Translations under genes and position numbers: made by a program | Notes under the pieces: model-generated | What the model saw: only the letters and a program-made list of their open reading frames with translations | The model's database searches: none | What the model was told of the DNA's origin: nothing | Source: an uncultured Actinomycetes bacterium | GTDB lineage: Bacteria > Actinomycetota > Thermoleophilia > Solirubrobacterales > 70-9 | Length of the DNA: 64,000 nucleotides | Direction of reading: 5' to 3' | Assembly: GCA_963779815.1 (NCBI GenBank) | Contig: CAVZZR010000001.1 | Span: 594,588-658,587 of the forward strand | Part shown: one piece after another, positions 63,458-64,000 of the stretch | Layout of the letters: the number at the start of each line of letters is the position of its first letter | Numbering within the stretch: the stretch's first letter is position 1

Positions 63458-64000
63458 TCAACCTCCCTGGCTCGTTTCCAGTTTCTGCGACTGGTCGGCG
63501 GCGGTCGCGCCGACGGTGCTTCCCACGACGTCGCCGTTGGGCGACTCGCGGACAAGGTGCATGTGCTCGGGCTCCCAGCTCAGCGCGACCTGGGCGCCGC
63601 CTCCCGGCAGGCGCTGGCGCTCGGCCTCGTCGGCGTTGGGGACGAGGACGGTCATCCGCACGTTCTCGCCGAGGTCGACGGCGATCTGGGTCGCGGTGCC
63701 GAGGTAGAGCGAGCTGGTGACGGTTCCCTCGACGCGGGGCAGGTCGGCGCTGCCATTGCCGTCGCCGCCCGTCTCCACCCGCAGCTTCTCCGGCCGCACC
63801 ACCGCGTGGCAGCGGTCGCCCTGCGAGAAACCGTCGGTCGCGGTCGAGATCGTCGTCCCCTCGTCCAACTTCACTTCCTGGCTGCCGGTCACCGTCGCCG
63901 GCATCAGGTTGGAGACGCCGATGAAGCCGGCGACGAAGGTGGTCGCCGGGCGGTTGTAGACCTGCTCGGGCGCCGCCACCTGCTCGACCCGGCCGCGGTT
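63458..64000 (-). CDS. potA: Polyamine ABC transporter ATP-binding protein (PotA-like), C-terminal TOBE part only; 5' end lies beyond the window
   Basis: C-terminal EQVYNRPATTFVAGFIG motif and TOBE domain; ORF runs to the window edge. Confidence 0.75.
   Translation of the reverse strand, partial: NRGRVEQVAAPEQVYNRPATTFVAGFIGVSNLMPATVTGSQEVKLDEGTTISTATDGFSQGDRCHAVVRPEKLRVETGGDGNGSADLPRVEGTVTSSLYLGTATQIAVDLGENVRMTVLVPNADEAERQRLPGGGAQVALSWEPEHMHLVRESPNGDVVGSTVGATAADQSQKLETSQGG

Overview
This 64 kb window is a high-GC (about 70-72%) chromosomal segment that looks actinobacterial. Trehalose synthesis genes next to an MprAB/PepD-like two-component-plus-protease module, and the conserved rpsF-ssb-rpsR-rplI-dnaB block, suggest a Thermoleophilia- or Rubrobacteria-like organism. 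That taxonomic placement is a guess from gene content only.

Recognisable content, in order:
- a large polytopic membrane protein
- a Lys/Thr-rich secreted protein in a lower-GC patch
- a TetR regulator, purA, and dnaB translationally coupled to a DnaC/DnaI-like helicase loader
- rplI-rpsR-ssb-rpsF
- otsA plus a GT4 (TreT-like) glycosyltransferase
- an HtrA/PepD protease with a histidine kinase and an OmpR-type response regulator
- thiL
- a cell-envelope cluster: lysyl-PG-synthase-like membrane protein, GT87/DUF2029 glycosyltransferase, class A PBP, MscS-like channel, CPBP protease, L,D-transpeptidase, and a DUF1906 (Rv2525c-like) secreted protein
- pyrE and a DUF480 protein
- tRNA-Arg(CCT) followed by a VapBC toxin-antitoxin pair
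- galT, a stomatin (SPFH)/NfeD pair, and a TlpA-like thioredoxin
- a large DEAD/DEAH helicase
- birA, cobA/hemD, hemC and hemA, followed by ccmDCBA
- an aldehyde dehydrogenase, rarA, a DUF1385 protein, methylmalonyl-CoA epimerase, a SAM methyltransferase, and a divergent MarR/MFS pair
- an ECF sigma factor and two tandem S51 peptidase paralogs
- a small membrane-anchored protein built from heptad repeats encoded by a 21-nt tandem DNA repeat
- an enolase-superfamily protein, an Orn/Lys/Arg decarboxylase and an FAD-dependent oxidoreductase
- an AbiEi/AbiEii type IV toxin-antitoxin (abortive infection) module sitting in an AT-rich gap with paired operator-like repeats
- a potABCD-like polyamine ABC transporter, with potA running off the end of the window

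The dominant technical observation is that from about 17.4 kb to about 59 kb nearly every gene, including essential ones, is broken by one to five frameshifts, mostly at short homopolymer runs. Genes on both flanks are intact. This looks like sequencing or assembly indel error rather than biology, and I list it as a finding. Coordinates for those genes are therefore approximate.

The candidates I would give a second look are the low-GC island at 45.65-46.25 kb, the AbiE locus with its operator repeats, the heptad-repeat gene, ccmABCD without ccmEFGH, the dnaB-loader coupling, and the Lys-rich secreted protein. I could not securely identify a clearly novel multi-gene system from sequence alone, and several calls below rest on motif recognition rather than searches.
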